Shown piece after piece: positions 7,108-15,689 of a stretch of 42,190 bases of DNA. Position 1 is the stretch's first letter, and the number at the start of each line of letters is the position of its first letter. This DNA is from an uncultured Candidatus Obscuribacterales bacterium (GTDB taxonomy: Bacteria; Cyanobacteriota; Vampirovibrionia; Obscuribacterales; Obscuribacteraceae), in contig CAZJLR010000003.1 in NCBI GenBank assembly GCA_964546815.1, positions 1 through 42,190 on the forward strand. The letters are read 5' to 3'. Both the position numbers and the translations under genes were made by a program. The notes under the pieces were generated by a model. It was not told where the DNA came from. It saw only the letters and a program-made list of their open reading frames with translations, and searched no databases.

Positions 7108-8133
7108 ATGAAAGAAGCACTGCGCCAATGCTGGCAAACGCAACTAAAGCTCTTAACTTTTAGACTAAATACCGAGCAATTACTCTCACTTGGTGAAAGA
7201 GACTTTTACTGGGGATTATTTTGGGTTTGGCTTGCTGGAATCGGGAGAGCATGGGACAACCCTCATGCCGAGTTATTTAAAAGATCTGGTTTACCATCGG
7301 TCATTTATATATTTGTGCTGGCTCTCTTTTTGTGGCTTTTCATCGCACCACTAAAGCCAGCCAACTGGTCGCTAAAGAGATTAATCATACTAATTTCGAT
7401 GACTGGCATTATCGGCATGCTGTATGCCATTCCTTTAGAGATGATTTTGCCTCCTGAGAATGCGGCTTTTGGCAATACCATTTTTCTTTGCATCGTGGCG
7501 CTCTGGCGAGTCGCCATACTCACGTTTTACCTTCTTAAAACAGCAAAGTTGCACATCGCTAATGCCGTAGTGGCGGTGTTATTACCCTTGCTCACCATCA
7601 TCAATCTATTATTGGTCTCAGATACATTTGCGCACACATTCACTGTAATGGGAGGCATAAGATATTACGTTTTGGTTGATGCTGCGGCTGCAGAACGAGC
7701 AAGAGAAGCAGCTGAGAAAGAGTCAGCTGCTAATAATACGCAGTTTATTAATCCCGGTCCCCAACCTCTTAAGGATAAGGAAACAGGCAAACTAGTACCT
7801 AACGTGTATGTCGAATACACCTGGGGTCATGAGCAAGCAGCAAGCGGCTACAAAGAAATTGAATGGGGAGATCCTCGATACGTTTCAACAACCCCTTTGA
7901 TGAACATTTTGAGGCTTCTAGAAGGATTCACCAAAACGCTCTGGCCAATATTGATGGTCTATTATGTTGCCGTTGGAATAGTTGTTCCGATGGTCAAACA
8001 CAGTATTTGGTTACTCAAAGAAATGTTTGGCAAACGCCCTCTAGAATCCGACTCCCCGCCACAAGAAAATAGTGGAGCCGTAGAGGCTGAACGAACAGAC
8101 AACGAAGAGGGAGCAGGGGACAAAGCCAGTTAA
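7108..8133 (+). CDS. Hypothetical polytopic inner-membrane protein with an acidic C-terminal tail.
   Basis: 341-aa ORF with at least five hydrophobic helices (GLFWVWLAGIG; VIYIFVLALFLWLFIAPL; LIILISMTGIIGMLYAIPL; IFLCIVALWRVAILTFYLL; AVVAVLLPLLTIINLLLV). It is divergent from the USP array. I cannot place it in a family with confidence; a Yip1-like topology is possible. Confidence 0.6.
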   Translation: MKEALRQCWQTQLKLLTFRLNTEQLLSLGERDFYWGLFWVWLAGIGRAWDNPHAELFKRSGLPSVIYIFVLALFLWLFIAPLKPANWSLKRLIILISMTGIIGMLYAIPLEMILPPENAAFGNTIFLCIVALWRVAILTFYLLKTAKLHIANAVVAVLLPLLTIINLLLVSDTFAHTFTVMGGIRYYVLVDAAAAERAREAAEKESAANNTQFINPGPQPLKDKETGKLVPNVYVEYTWGHEQAASGYKEIEWGDPRYVSTTPLMNILRLLEGFTKTLWPILMVYYVAVGIVVPMVKHSIWLLKEMFGKRPLESDSPPQENSGAVEAERTDNEEGAGDKAS

Positions 8134-8418
8134 AAGTGTGAATAGTCGAGGGACCCAGTCCCGCTTGACAAAATTTTCAGGATAAGAAATTAATAAGCGT
8201 ACCCATGGGCATATAGCATCGATATCCGTCAAAAGATTGATGCTCGGCGGCGGGCAGACTTACTAAAGTAATGAAGATGATCGCGGCGGAGAGCAGCGCA
8301 TGCTCCCGTGGTGACTTGTGGCAATATGGCTAAACAGCCTAAAATGCAAGCACACCAAGGAGTTTATCCATGGTGCCGACAGATAAAAACAATAGTTAGC
8401 TGGACAAGAGGATTTGAA

Positions 8419-9756
8419 ATGGACCTTAAGAGAAACGTTGCCCTGGGACTAATCGGACTTTCAATTGCCAGCGCATCTTCAATTTGCTTGCTGCAACAAA
8501 GTGAAGCGCAAGGATTGCGCAGTCGTTTGCAACAACGCAACCAAAACAACAATTCAAATTCCGATCAATCGCAAGGTTCATACCAGCAACAAGGAAACCC
8601 TGGCCAGTCAGACGTCTCTATGGTGACACTGCAAACGCAGCCGGGAGCAAACGGACAACAAATGGTCATCACTCCTAAGGGCATGGTTGTGCCACTTCCA
8701 GGTGCCGGAGTGAATTCTTCAGTAGTACAAATTTACATGGGCGCACAAGGCGGCTACTGGTACATCGATAAAAACAATCAACAAGTAGACCTGACGCCGG
8801 CGGTGCAAGCAATGCAAAGTAATGCTGCCGCTGCGCAAGCCAATGCCAACGTGCCACAATACGCGCCACCTCCGGCACAAGTGAACAATTACAATAGCTC
8901 TAGTGGGTCGAATGCCGCCACAACTGCCGCTGCCGCTGGGCTTGGCGCTATGGCCGGTGCCGCGATGGGTTCAAGTTGGAACAATGTTCCATATGGCACT
9001 CCGGTGCGCTATGGTGCAGGGGCAGTACCTTATTATAATCAGGGCGGAAAGCCAGTTTACATAAACAACTCAAGCAACACTGCTGCTATAAATAACAGCT
9101 ATCAAGCTGAAAATCAGCTCAACAGCTATCACGCAAACACCATGCAACAGCAACAAGAATGGTACAAACAGCAACAGGCACAACAGACAGGCAATTGGAA
9201 GAGCTGGCAACAACAGCCAACGAGCAATCCTTTTGTTAGATCGGAATACCAGGGCGGGGGACAAGCTGCCGCAGGTTATGGTCAAGCAGGAGCAGCTGCA
9301 GCTCATAACGAAGCAGCCGGAGCTTATGGTCAAGCCGGTGCAGCTCATAACGAAGCAGCCGGTGGAGCTTATGGTCAAGCTGGTGCAGCTGCAGCTAGAA
9401 ATGATGGAGCAGCCGGCACAGCAGATGCTGCACACAATGCCGACCAATCACAAGGTGGTGGTCGCCACGGTCGCGGACGCGGCGGTGACGAATCTGAAGG
9501 TGGTGGTGGCGGACGTCGAGGACGTGGTGGAGACCAGGCTGAAGGCGGCGGACGCGGTGAGCGCGGTGGAGACCAGGCAGCAGGTGGCGGCTTCGGTGGA
9601 CGCGGCGGCGAACAAGGTGAAGGCGGCGGACGCGGTGAGCGTGGCGGTGCAGGCGGAGAAGGCGGCGGTTTCGGTGGACGCGGCGGCGCAGGCGGAGAAG
9701 GCGGCGGACGCCGAGCCGGTCGTGGTGGCGGCGGCAGAGAACGCGGCGGTCGCTAA
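8419..9756 (+). CDS. Secreted low-complexity protein. It is Q/N/S-rich in the centre and has a Gly-Arg (RGG/GGRG) repeat C-terminus.
   Basis: ATG at 8419 is preceded by the RBS AGAGGA. The signal peptide is MDLKRNVALGLIGLSIASASS. There are internal repeats AAGAYGQAGAAAAHNE x3, and a C-terminal repeat array GGGRGERGGDQA/GGGFGGRGGEQGE... Codon periodicity is kept through the repeats on the plus strand. The overlapping minus-strand ORFs are Arg/His-rich artefacts. Confidence 0.6.
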   Translation: MDLKRNVALGLIGLSIASASSICLLQQSEAQGLRSRLQQRNQNNNSNSDQSQGSYQQQGNPGQSDVSMVTLQTQPGANGQQMVITPKGMVVPLPGAGVNSSVVQIYMGAQGGYWYIDKNNQQVDLTPAVQAMQSNAAAAQANANVPQYAPPPAQVNNYNSSSGSNAATTAAAAGLGAMAGAAMGSSWNNVPYGTPVRYGAGAVPYYNQGGKPVYINNSSNTAAINNSYQAENQLNSYHANTMQQQQEWYKQQQAQQTGNWKSWQQQPTSNPFVRSEYQGGGQAAAGYGQAGAAAAHNEAAGAYGQAGAAHNEAAGGAYGQAGAAAARNDGAAGTADAAHNADQSQGGGRHGRGRGGDESEGGGGGRRGRGGDQAEGGGRGERGGDQAAGGGFGGRGGEQGEGGGRGERGGAGGEGGGFGGRGGAGGEGGGRRAGRGGGGRERGGR

Positions 9757-9825
9757 AACCTGAATTGATCGCCTGATGCAAGCCATTGGGTTAGAATGGC
9801 AGAATGTTCATCTTGGAGAATTCCA

Positions 9826-12800
9826 ATGGGCGAGCGTTCCGATTCTATATCCAGCGACGAGCAAGGATCAGCAAATACAAACAGCAAAGCGGAATGGACT
9901 CGCCGCTCAAATGACTACTGGCAGGGTATTAGGTTTTGCCTCTACCTTGTCCTGATAATTCTAATTTGGGCTGTAATCTGGTCTGCCAGCGTGCAAAATT
10001 TTGGCGTCATGCTTGCAGCTTTGCCAGTTATGGCGCCGGTAATCTTTTGCATCGTTTGGGACACAACTGAATTTCTATTCTGCAAATTCAGGGGATTGGG
10101 CGGAGCAGGAGTATGGAGCGATCCTGGCTCAATAACATTGGGAGTACTTTTGCCCAGCGTCATAGGATGCTTTGTCGGCAGCGCCTGGGTAGTTATTGCA
10201 CTTGGATTGGATTTTCCAACAGGCGCAACCCAAGCTTTGCTTCTGGCCAGCATTCCGTTTGCTAACCGACTTTTGTGCGCTGAAAAAGAGAAAGTTGTAT
10301 ACAAAAATCAGACTTCCGCAAACTCTCCCGCCCCCCTGGCGAAGTGGAGAGAATTGACTTTGTTTTCGCTTAGCGGCGTCGCAATCGCTGCATCAATTAT
10401 TTATGGAATGATTGAGCTGCTACTTGTGCTTAAAATCGCACAGCATCTCAGCTCAGCAAGTTACGCTATTGAGTTGCTTCAACACCTGTTTTGGGAACCC
10501 TGGGCACCCATTTCAGCCATTTGCCTCGCAGCGCCGATTGTTGGGGCAGCAATGAGTATCATCCTCAATTTGAGACTACAACAATGCCTGGAAAACGAAA
10601 CTCGCACGCGTGGCAAGATCGCAACCCTAGTCGGAATTGCCCTCGGTTTTATACTGATTTTCGTCCCCACACTGCCCCATACATGGCAGCGAAAATTGGC
10701 TTATGAAATAGTCAACGGTGAAAAATACACACCTGCTCTTGCACATGACTATTGGCGAGCTAGCTCATCTGGACAAGCAAGTGAATACGTCACAATGCAA
10801 GCAATTCAAGACTTGAGGAAACTTGGCAGGCAAGACTTGCTGCTGGAAGATTGCTATGGACCAAGCGCTGAAATAGCCGAATACCTTTCATGTCTTGTAA
10901 CTGAATCATCGCCTCGATATGTCAGCAACGAAGACTTTTGCAATGTTTTTTATAGAGTATATGGCAAGCCCTATAACGAAATGCCTATTCCATGGAAAGC
11001 ATTGCCGGCAATTTGGGCTCGTGATTTTCAGCGAGGCTCACAAGAAGTTGGTGCAAAGGTAGCCGGACTTAGCCTTGCCGAGTCGAAAATGACCGGGCTG
11101 ATTGATGCAAATGCGGCAGTTTCGTATCTCGAATGGGACATGGCTTTTAAAAACGATACTGACAGCGAGAAAGAAGTCCGCCTGCAAATAGCCTTGCCAC
11201 CACATGCAGTGGCTTCAAGAGCGGCGCTTTGGGTCCGTGGTCGCCCGCGAGATGCAGCATTTACAGAAAGAGGCGTCGCCACTGCTACATACAGATCTAT
11301 AGTCGCAGAAAAAAGAGATCCATTACTTCTAAGCGCCGCTGGGCCAGACAGAGTCCTGCTGCAGTGTTTTCCCGTTCCTCCGCATGGTCAACTCAAAGCA
11401 GTTGTGGGCATAACAGCGCCTCTTAACCTGGAGGAAAATAACAACTGCACACTATTATTGCCGGCTATCATAGAGAAAAATTTCGACAAAACAAACGACC
11501 ATGATTTGAACATAGAGTCATCAAGTTCAGTTGAATTCAGCGGTGCGGCAAAAAACTTTGTTCACGAAAAAATAGACGCGCACGCAGTCAGAGCCAAAGT
11601 AGCGGATGAATTAATGAGCAAAACACCGCTGCAACTTACAGTTAAAAGAGCAGAGCCGCCTGATACAGAACATTGGTCACCAGATATGCTTGATGCTAAA
11701 GAATACTGCGTGGCAAAATTCATTGACGACAAATCGAGAGTAATCAATCATGCAACTATTGTAGTTGATGCCTCAATTTCGCTGGCTCAATTTAAAGAAC
11801 AAGTAGCTAGGGCTATTGCCGAAATTCCTGCAAACATCAAGACAAACTTGATGGTTGCAACAGACGATGTCTCATTTCTCTCCGATAACCACAAACATCA
11901 AAAGTTAATTCCAATTGACGCGAAAACTGCTGGACTCATCAGAAATCTCAGCTTTGTTGGCGGGCCACCAAACTGGCAGGCTTTACAAGACGCCTGGATT
12001 GAGAGCAGCAAAGAAGAAGGTGGAGCAGTTATTTGGATTCATGGGCCGCAACCTGACTATCCAAAGGGCTTTCATCCAAACTCAAATCTATTCCGATTTC
12101 GTTTAAGACCAAGCAGCAATGAAGAAAGAGAACGAATGGGGGCCAAGACCTCGCAATCTGACGACATCGCAGAAGACAGCCGAAGCGAAGCGGCCCTTTC
12201 CACGCTCAAATTTAGCAAAAACTCTGCTGCTATTTTTGATTTTGAAGTCGCCAACGGAGTCAATCGCATAAGAGAAAGCCTCGACGCAGGCAGCTACAAA
12301 TTCGCACCTGAGATAGTTTCAATCAGACGAGGTGGAGACGTCTATTTTGACCTCAAGAGATTTTTTGACAAGCTGAAAGGAAAACAGCCTGACCTTGTTT
12401 TATCAGTTTCAAAATCAAATATCAAACCAAGCGCAGAAGAAGTCAAATTCAAACCATTAGAAAACTGCTTGAGCAAACTATGGGCTAACAAGCAGGTTGA
12501 ACATTTGCTGGAAAAAGGACAGGGCGCTGAAGCTATTAAACTTGCCAGTGATTACAAAATAGTCACGCCCGTTTCGGCAGCCATCGTATTGGAATTCAGG
12601 CAACAATATAAAGATGCAGGCATTGCCCCACCAACTCAAATAGCAAGCCCAGCTCCAACTGGCGGCGGATTTGCAATAGGTTCTCAACTGAACCAGCTTA
12701 ACTCCGTAAACTCGCTGAAATCGGCTCCAGCCAGCATGCCCAAAGCGCAAGCCGAATCTTCGGATAGTTTTGACTCAACACGTTCTAGTCAAGGTTCAGA

Positions 12801-13017
12801 TACGACTACGTCCGCACCGTCACCGATACCACATTCGATAGAACAATTGTCTCGAACGACATCGACTGCCCAGGATCAAACTCCGAAGCCCCTTAACGAA
12901 ACTGATTCGACTGCTCTGACCTCAACAGTTTCAGCTGAAGGAATCATTGCCTTAGCTGCTTTTCTATTGTTTGCTACAGTTGCGTTTTTCTTGTTTAGAA
13001 AAACTAAGAAGAGCTGA
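9826..13017 (+). CDS. Large membrane protein of about 1060 aa. It has an N-terminal multi-TM region, VIT-like and vWA-like domains, and a C-terminal S/T-rich linker with a TM anchor and basic tail.
   Basis: ATG at 9826 is preceded by the RBS GGAGA; an alternative ATG lies at 9796. At least 6 hydrophobic helices occur in residues about 45-300. The VIT-like segment is VSYLEWDMAFKNDTDSEKEVRLQIALPPHAVASRAALWVRGRPRDAAFTERGVATATYRSIVAEKRDPLLLSAAGPDRVLLQCFPVPPHGQ. The vWA-like segment is ATIVVDASISL...NLMVATDDVSF...AVIWIHGPQPD. The C-terminus is ...TSAPSPIPHS...STVSAEGIIALAAFLLFATVAFFLFRKTKKS. Confidence 0.7.
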   Translation: MGERSDSISSDEQGSANTNSKAEWTRRSNDYWQGIRFCLYLVLIILIWAVIWSASVQNFGVMLAALPVMAPVIFCIVWDTTEFLFCKFRGLGGAGVWSDPGSITLGVLLPSVIGCFVGSAWVVIALGLDFPTGATQALLLASIPFANRLLCAEKEKVVYKNQTSANSPAPLAKWRELTLFSLSGVAIAASIIYGMIELLLVLKIAQHLSSASYAIELLQHLFWEPWAPISAICLAAPIVGAAMSIILNLRLQQCLENETRTRGKIATLVGIALGFILIFVPTLPHTWQRKLAYEIVNGEKYTPALAHDYWRASSSGQASEYVTMQAIQDLRKLGRQDLLLEDCYGPSAEIAEYLSCLVTESSPRYVSNEDFCNVFYRVYGKPYNEMPIPWKALPAIWARDFQRGSQEVGAKVAGLSLAESKMTGLIDANAAVSYLEWDMAFKNDTDSEKEVRLQIALPPHAVASRAALWVRGRPRDAAFTERGVATATYRSIVAEKRDPLLLSAAGPDRVLLQCFPVPPHGQLKAVVGITAPLNLEENNNCTLLLPAIIEKNFDKTNDHDLNIESSSSVEFSGAAKNFVHEKIDAHAVRAKVADELMSKTPLQLTVKRAEPPDTEHWSPDMLDAKEYCVAKFIDDKSRVINHATIVVDASISLAQFKEQVARAIAEIPANIKTNLMVATDDVSFLSDNHKHQKLIPIDAKTAGLIRNLSFVGGPPNWQALQDAWIESSKEEGGAVIWIHGPQPDYPKGFHPNSNLFRFRLRPSSNEERERMGAKTSQSDDIAEDSRSEAALSTLKFSKNSAAIFDFEVANGVNRIRESLDAGSYKFAPEIVSIRRGGDVYFDLKRFFDKLKGKQPDLVLSVSKSNIKPSAEEVKFKPLENCLSKLWANKQVEHLLEKGQGAEAIKLASDYKIVTPVSAAIVLEFRQQYKDAGIAPPTQIASPAPTGGGFAIGSQLNQLNSVNSLKSAPASMPKAQAESSDSFDSTRSSQGSDTTTSAPSPIPHSIEQLSRTTSTAQDQTPKPLNETDSTALTSTVSAEGIIALAAFLLFATVAFFLFRKTKKS

Positions 13018-13033
13018 TGCGCTTTGCTTTTAC

Positions 13034-13696
13034 TTAGATTTTGTCGCCACAATCAGGGCAAAACTTCAAATCAGGCCCCGGCTTTAGCTTTGCCCCGCAG
13101 TTCGCGCAAAAGCATTTCTTGAGCATTTCTTTTCCGCAACTACTGCAAAATTTCCCACCACTGCTGCGCGCTCTGCAATGTGGGCAAACAGCTCGATGCT
13201 CTTTCTCAAGATCAACATCTTTCACATGGTCTGTCTCGGCCGCCTTAAATGCCATTTGAACCTTTGCCGCCTGAGCCTTCATTGCAGGGGCTTCATTTGC
13301 TAAGTGTGGAGCACAAGTTAGACACAACCCAGCATCGTTGTTCCAACAATTACTTTTGCATACACAGGCAGCACAACGCGGGCAAACTTCAAAATACTTT
13401 TTTGCTTCTTCAGTGGCAGCAGCATACGCATCTTGCCAGGCCTGATTTTTATAGACTTGATTTACCATTTGTCCAGCATAGCCAATGCCATGCCCTCGCC
13501 CGATAATCATACTGGCCGCCTGTGCCAGAGTGCTGGCGACACCAAGCGGATTGTGCTTAAACTCGGAGGTATAAATCATGCTGCAGCGGTGCGTCGGCCC
13601 CAGCAGCCCATCGCGATGATGCCTGTCACAATAAAATTGAAACTGGAAACCATTGCTGTTAGAGCGATCTACATAATGACGAGTAAATGAAATCAT
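13034..13696 (-). CDS. Cys-rich protein with tandem zinc-ribbon motifs.
   Basis: Six CxxC pairs: CPRCAACVC...CLTCAPH; CPHCRAR-x9-CSSCGK; CANCGAK-x11-CPDCGDKI. The RBS AGGGG lies 8 nt upstream of the ATG. Confidence 0.55.
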   Translation of the reverse strand: MISFTRHYVDRSNSNGFQFQFYCDRHHRDGLLGPTHRCSMIYTSEFKHNPLGVASTLAQAASMIIGRGHGIGYAGQMVNQVYKNQAWQDAYAAATEEAKKYFEVCPRCAACVCKSNCWNNDAGLCLTCAPHLANEAPAMKAQAAKVQMAFKAAETDHVKDVDLEKEHRAVCPHCRARSSGGKFCSSCGKEMLKKCFCANCGAKLKPGPDLKFCPDCGDKI

Positions 13697-13857
13697 CGCC
13701 CGACCCCTGAGATGCTGAGACTCATAAACTACATTCCCCCGCAGTCATTTTTAGTCACACGGTTCCAGGTTATTTAAGGAAAGTAGATCTCCCGCGACAA
13801 CAAAAGTCTCAAACTGGGCAAAACTAAAATGGCAGTGGTTTTTAGCCCTTAACGAGT

Positions 13858-14793
13858 TTGATGAGTAATCATTTCATACAAAGCAACCCTGATTTTGAGC
13901 GGTTGGACATAGCAGACGAATACGACGACCCTACCGACTGGAGCGGGCATCCATTTGTCCATTGGACGCTGGCACACGCCAAAATATTTATAGGGACAAC
14001 GCTGGCTATCGGCTTGATACTCGCGCTAATCGCATTTGGCTACAATGCACCAGTAAGTTACAACGTGGGCAATCATATATTCCCAGAGGTGCCTTCAGTC
14101 TTGGGTCTTTTGGGCTCAATTGTAGCAATAAGCGCGCTAAACCTATCTGGCATTGGTCGACGCTGCGATGTACCAGCTTTGTTTTTGATAAACGCTCTCG
14201 TATTCTTGCCGGCAAATGGATATCTGATGCACCGGCTAATTGTTAGCAATTGGAATGTGATGGTGGGAAAGGTCGTAAGCGTGAACCACCCGCTAATGCT
14301 GAGGACTCCAATAAAGGCTTCGCGATATTCAAATCAATTGCTCTTTCCGAATCAATCGAATAACAATTATTCAGATGCGCTGGCTGTAACTGCAAGTTAT
14401 AACGTCGGCGGCAAAGATTATCAGGTAACAATGATTAGCGACAACAACGAACTCAATGTTTCAGATGACCTGATAACGTTTTACTATTCACCAATCAATC
14501 CACAAACCCCTACGCTCAAGCGAGGACTTAGCAGGGAAGAGGAATATGTTCTGGCTGCAGCACTGTTTGCAATGGCAGTCGAAATAGGACTGGGCAGAAA
14601 ATTACTTCAGTGGCAATCGAACTTGCTCAAAATGGAAGCGATGGAAAAACGAAAACTAGAAGCTGCTCTAAACGCAAAAAGATCGATAAGCTTGCAGGAA
14701 GATGGCACGCACATACAATTCTATGACCCTATTCCTGGGGCAGAAAAACACGAAGTCATCTTGAATGATACAAATCAAGAACACCTGCGATGA
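13858..14793 (+). CDS. Hypothetical membrane protein with 3-4 TM helices.
   Basis: 311-aa ORF with hydrophobic helices IFIGTTLAIGLILALIAF, VLGLLGSIVAISALNL and ALFLINALVFLPANGYL, and a C-terminal coiled-coil-like segment. It is divergent from the zinc-ribbon gene. Confidence 0.55.
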   Translation: MMSNHFIQSNPDFERLDIADEYDDPTDWSGHPFVHWTLAHAKIFIGTTLAIGLILALIAFGYNAPVSYNVGNHIFPEVPSVLGLLGSIVAISALNLSGIGRRCDVPALFLINALVFLPANGYLMHRLIVSNWNVMVGKVVSVNHPLMLRTPIKASRYSNQLLFPNQSNNNYSDALAVTASYNVGGKDYQVTMISDNNELNVSDDLITFYYSPINPQTPTLKRGLSREEEYVLAAALFAMAVEIGLGRKLLQWQSNLLKMEAMEKRKLEAALNAKRSISLQEDGTHIQFYDPIPGAEKHEVILNDTNQEHLR

Positions 14794-14848
14794 TAGCCCA
14801 AGTGGCTAATTTGCTAGCGCTTTCAATCGCTATCACAAGTTTCTACCC

Positions 14849-15553
14849 TTAACCGGGCTGATAAGACCGCTTCGCTGCAGGCAAGCTAAGTAAAAACGCA
14901 GCAATTTTGTGCCGCTCATCATCGGTTAAATTGAACTTGGGCATTTTAGTCGTTCCAGAACTGCGCGGTGCAGCAATGAACGCTTCAATTTCTTTGCTGT
15001 TACGGCGCTGCGAAACACCGTCCAAACTTGGCCCTAGAATGCCGCCCAAGCCACCGACAGTGTGACATGACATGCAGCCGGTATTGTAAAACAAGGTTTT
15101 GCCTTCGGCAATTATTGCAGCAGAGCTTTTAACAGGTGCAGCTGCATGGGCTTTGTTATCAAGTTTTACATCATGGTGAATATCAGGCGCCGGATTGCGC
15201 GCAGAAAGGGTGTTCAAATAGGAAACCAAATCAGATACATCTGCTTTGCTAAATCTTGGATGCGGCATCAATTCTGGATGGCCAATCAATTTGATAAAGG
15301 CAGACTCGTCATCTTTATTGAGTCGCAGCCGAACATAAGCCTTATCTCGTCTAGACATTACTCCATCTAATTCTGGCCCGAGGCAACCGCCTGCACCAGC
15401 TACTGAATGACACTCAACACACTTGAGCTTTTGAAAGAGCTCTTTCCCATGTTGAGCATTTTGAGACTCTGCAGGCAAGCAGATTGAAGCAATCAAAATG
15501 AATGCAGAAACTGCGGTTTTTAATGTTGAAGTTAATGAATTTGATGGTCGCAC
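14849..15553 (-). CDS. Di-heme c-type cytochrome (secreted or periplasmic).
   Basis: Two CxxCH haem-binding motifs, CVECH and CMSCH. Each is followed by the Met-containing segment GGCLGPELDG / GGILGPSLDG. The signal peptide follows a GTG start at 15553, which has the RBS AGGAGA 7 nt upstream. The ORF track's ATG at 15601 would include that RBS. Confidence 0.85.
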   Translation of the reverse strand: MRPSNSLTSTLKTAVSAFILIASICLPAESQNAQHGKELFQKLKCVECHSVAGAGGCLGPELDGVMSRRDKAYVRLRLNKDDESAFIKLIGHPELMPHPRFSKADVSDLVSYLNTLSARNPAPDIHHDVKLDNKAHAAAPVKSSAAIIAEGKTLFYNTGCMSCHTVGGLGGILGPSLDGVSQRRNSKEIEAFIAAPRSSGTTKMPKFNLTDDERHKIAAFLLSLPAAKRSYQPG

Positions 15554-15689
15554 AAAATTTCTCCTCTTAGATATTAGAGCAGGAAAAATCTCATTAAACA
15601 ATGACCATTGGGATGATTTGAACGCTTGACTGAATTACCCGGGGACATACTGTATTCTATTGATTCTGGAACCCAAAAGGGCACATGGC

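Noticed and set aside
9070-9786. Minus-strand ORFs 9070..9447, 9395..9781 and 9448..9786, and plus-strand alternate-frame ORF 9233..9763.
   Set aside because: They are produced by the GC-rich, repetitive GGC/CGC-rich sequence of the 8419..9756 gene. They translate to Arg/His/Leu or Cys/Ser homopolymer-like strings, they lack starts with an RBS, and the plus-strand frame carries the signal peptide and coherent repeats.
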